From Octopus vulgaris (lineage: Eukaryota), in NCBI GenBank assembly GCA_951406725.2, contig OX597821.1:33232001-33296000 (forward strand): DNA of 64,000 nucleotides. The letters are read 5' to 3'. The notes beneath the pieces are model-generated. The model saw only the letters and a program-made list of their open reading frames with translations. It was not told where the DNA came from and searched no databases. Within the stretch, counting starts at the first letter, position 1. Each line of letters opens with the position of its first letter. Positions 62,880 to 64,000 of the stretch are shown piece after piece. Position numbers and translations under genes: made by a program.

Positions 62880-63116
62880 TGTTGTTAACAAACAACCGCA
62901 GAAATTGTATTCACCTCAGTAGACGTCATTAATTGGTTGAAATAGCCGAAATGCAAGGAATTAAACAACAAATAGCTTACAAACTACAGAATTTTCTCAA
63001 GAAAGCCAAGAGAAAAAGGTGTTTTATGTAACACATTCTACCAGTATACGAAGTTTAAAAGTGTTTAGTTACAAAGAAATTATTTTAAAAATCTGCCTGT
63101 CAAAGTGAAAAGATCC
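62880..63116. mobile_element. MITE A-related partial copy (a short family A end is also at ~50903-50998)
   Basis: Shared body; variant TIR GTCAAAGTGAAAAGATCC. Confidence 0.75.
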
Positions 63117-63614
63117 CAGTTTATAAAACATTTTTACAGAATAAAAAAGAAAGAACAAATATAAGTATAAAAGATCAAATTATCGTGAGAGAAAAAAAAG
63201 CCCTTAACTACCTCTTCAAGGAAACAAAGAAACAGAAAAAAATGGGTGAAGGAACGACGGGTCGTACACTCTAGAATAAATAGCTCGTTTAGCCGCGCCT
63301 CGTGGATATGATTGCAAAGACGTTACCGTGGACAACGGCAGCAGCTTTCCCATCCCCATCTGGCAGGGCTCGTTTCTCAAACGGGCCGCAGTTAACCCGA
63401 TTTTGTAGAGGAAATCGACAGTGCGGAGTCCAAGAAATGTGTGTGTGTGTGTGTGTGCGCACTCAAGGTCACGACGGCGGCTGGTCAGGCTCCTGTATTT
63501 GTTTATCGTCCTCTTCTCTGCTTCACAGGCGGCGATGCCTGGGTTTGCGACCGATGCAGCAAGGTTTGGAGCCGGAGAACGTATCGTAGATGTTAATAAT
63601 TTCTTTTACACGTT

Positions 63615-63965
63615 TCAGGGATTTGACTGCGGCCATGCCGGAGCACCGCCTTAAAGGGTTTTAATCGAAGAAATCGACCCCCAGGACTTATTCTTTGTAA
63701 GCCTAGAACTTATTCTATCGGTCTTTTTGCCGAAACGCTAGGTTACGGGGACATAAACAAACCAACATTGGTTGTCAAACGATGGTGGTGGTGGTGGGGA
63801 GGGGGTCAAACACAGACAGAAAGACACAGAGACAAATATATACGGCGGGCTTCTTTTAGTTCCCGTCTACCAAATCCACTCACAAGGCTTTGGTCGGCTA
63901 AGGTGCCCTGCAGTGGGACTAAACACGGAACCGTGTTTTATTCAAGCTTCTTACCACATAGCCAC
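63615..63965 (-). mobile_element. SINE group 2
   Basis: Reverse complement of the 51193 type. Confidence 0.82.
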
Positions 63966-64000
63966 GTCGCATTATTTTTTCTTATTTCGAATATTGATGT

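Noticed and set aside
63240-63600. GC-richer patch with ORFs 63302-63654
   Set aside because: No recognisable protein motif or splice structure; could not be classified.

Overview
AT-rich eukaryotic DNA with no convincing multi-exon host gene. The repeat content (tRNA-headed SINEs, dense AT/AC/ATAC/ATT microsatellites, TTAGGG islands) resembles an octopus/cephalopod genome; this is inference from recognised repeat style, not a database result. The only long coding region is a 5'-truncated, frameshifted Tx1/L1-clade LINE (23767-27896, minus strand) with a 9-bp target-site duplication (TSD). The rest is layered transposon debris: about 14 copies of a GGATCTTTTC-ended MITE plus related GG-ended, 8-bp-TSD (Merlin-like) MITEs, hAT and Tc1/mariner derivatives, non-autonomous Helitrons, RTE/CR1 fragments, Penelope-like fragments with minimal hammerhead-like motifs, three SINE groups and a MITE-split U6 snRNA pseudogene. 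Most interesting: (1) a junction at 11853-12121 that reads as a fossil reversed-ends alternative transposition; (2) a 3' tail shared between the Tx1 LINE and the most abundant SINE, together with a GGTAT insertion bias; (3) telomere-type repeats inside five distinct MITE families; (4) variant-core minimal hammerheads. Coordinates were counted by eye and may be off by a few bases.
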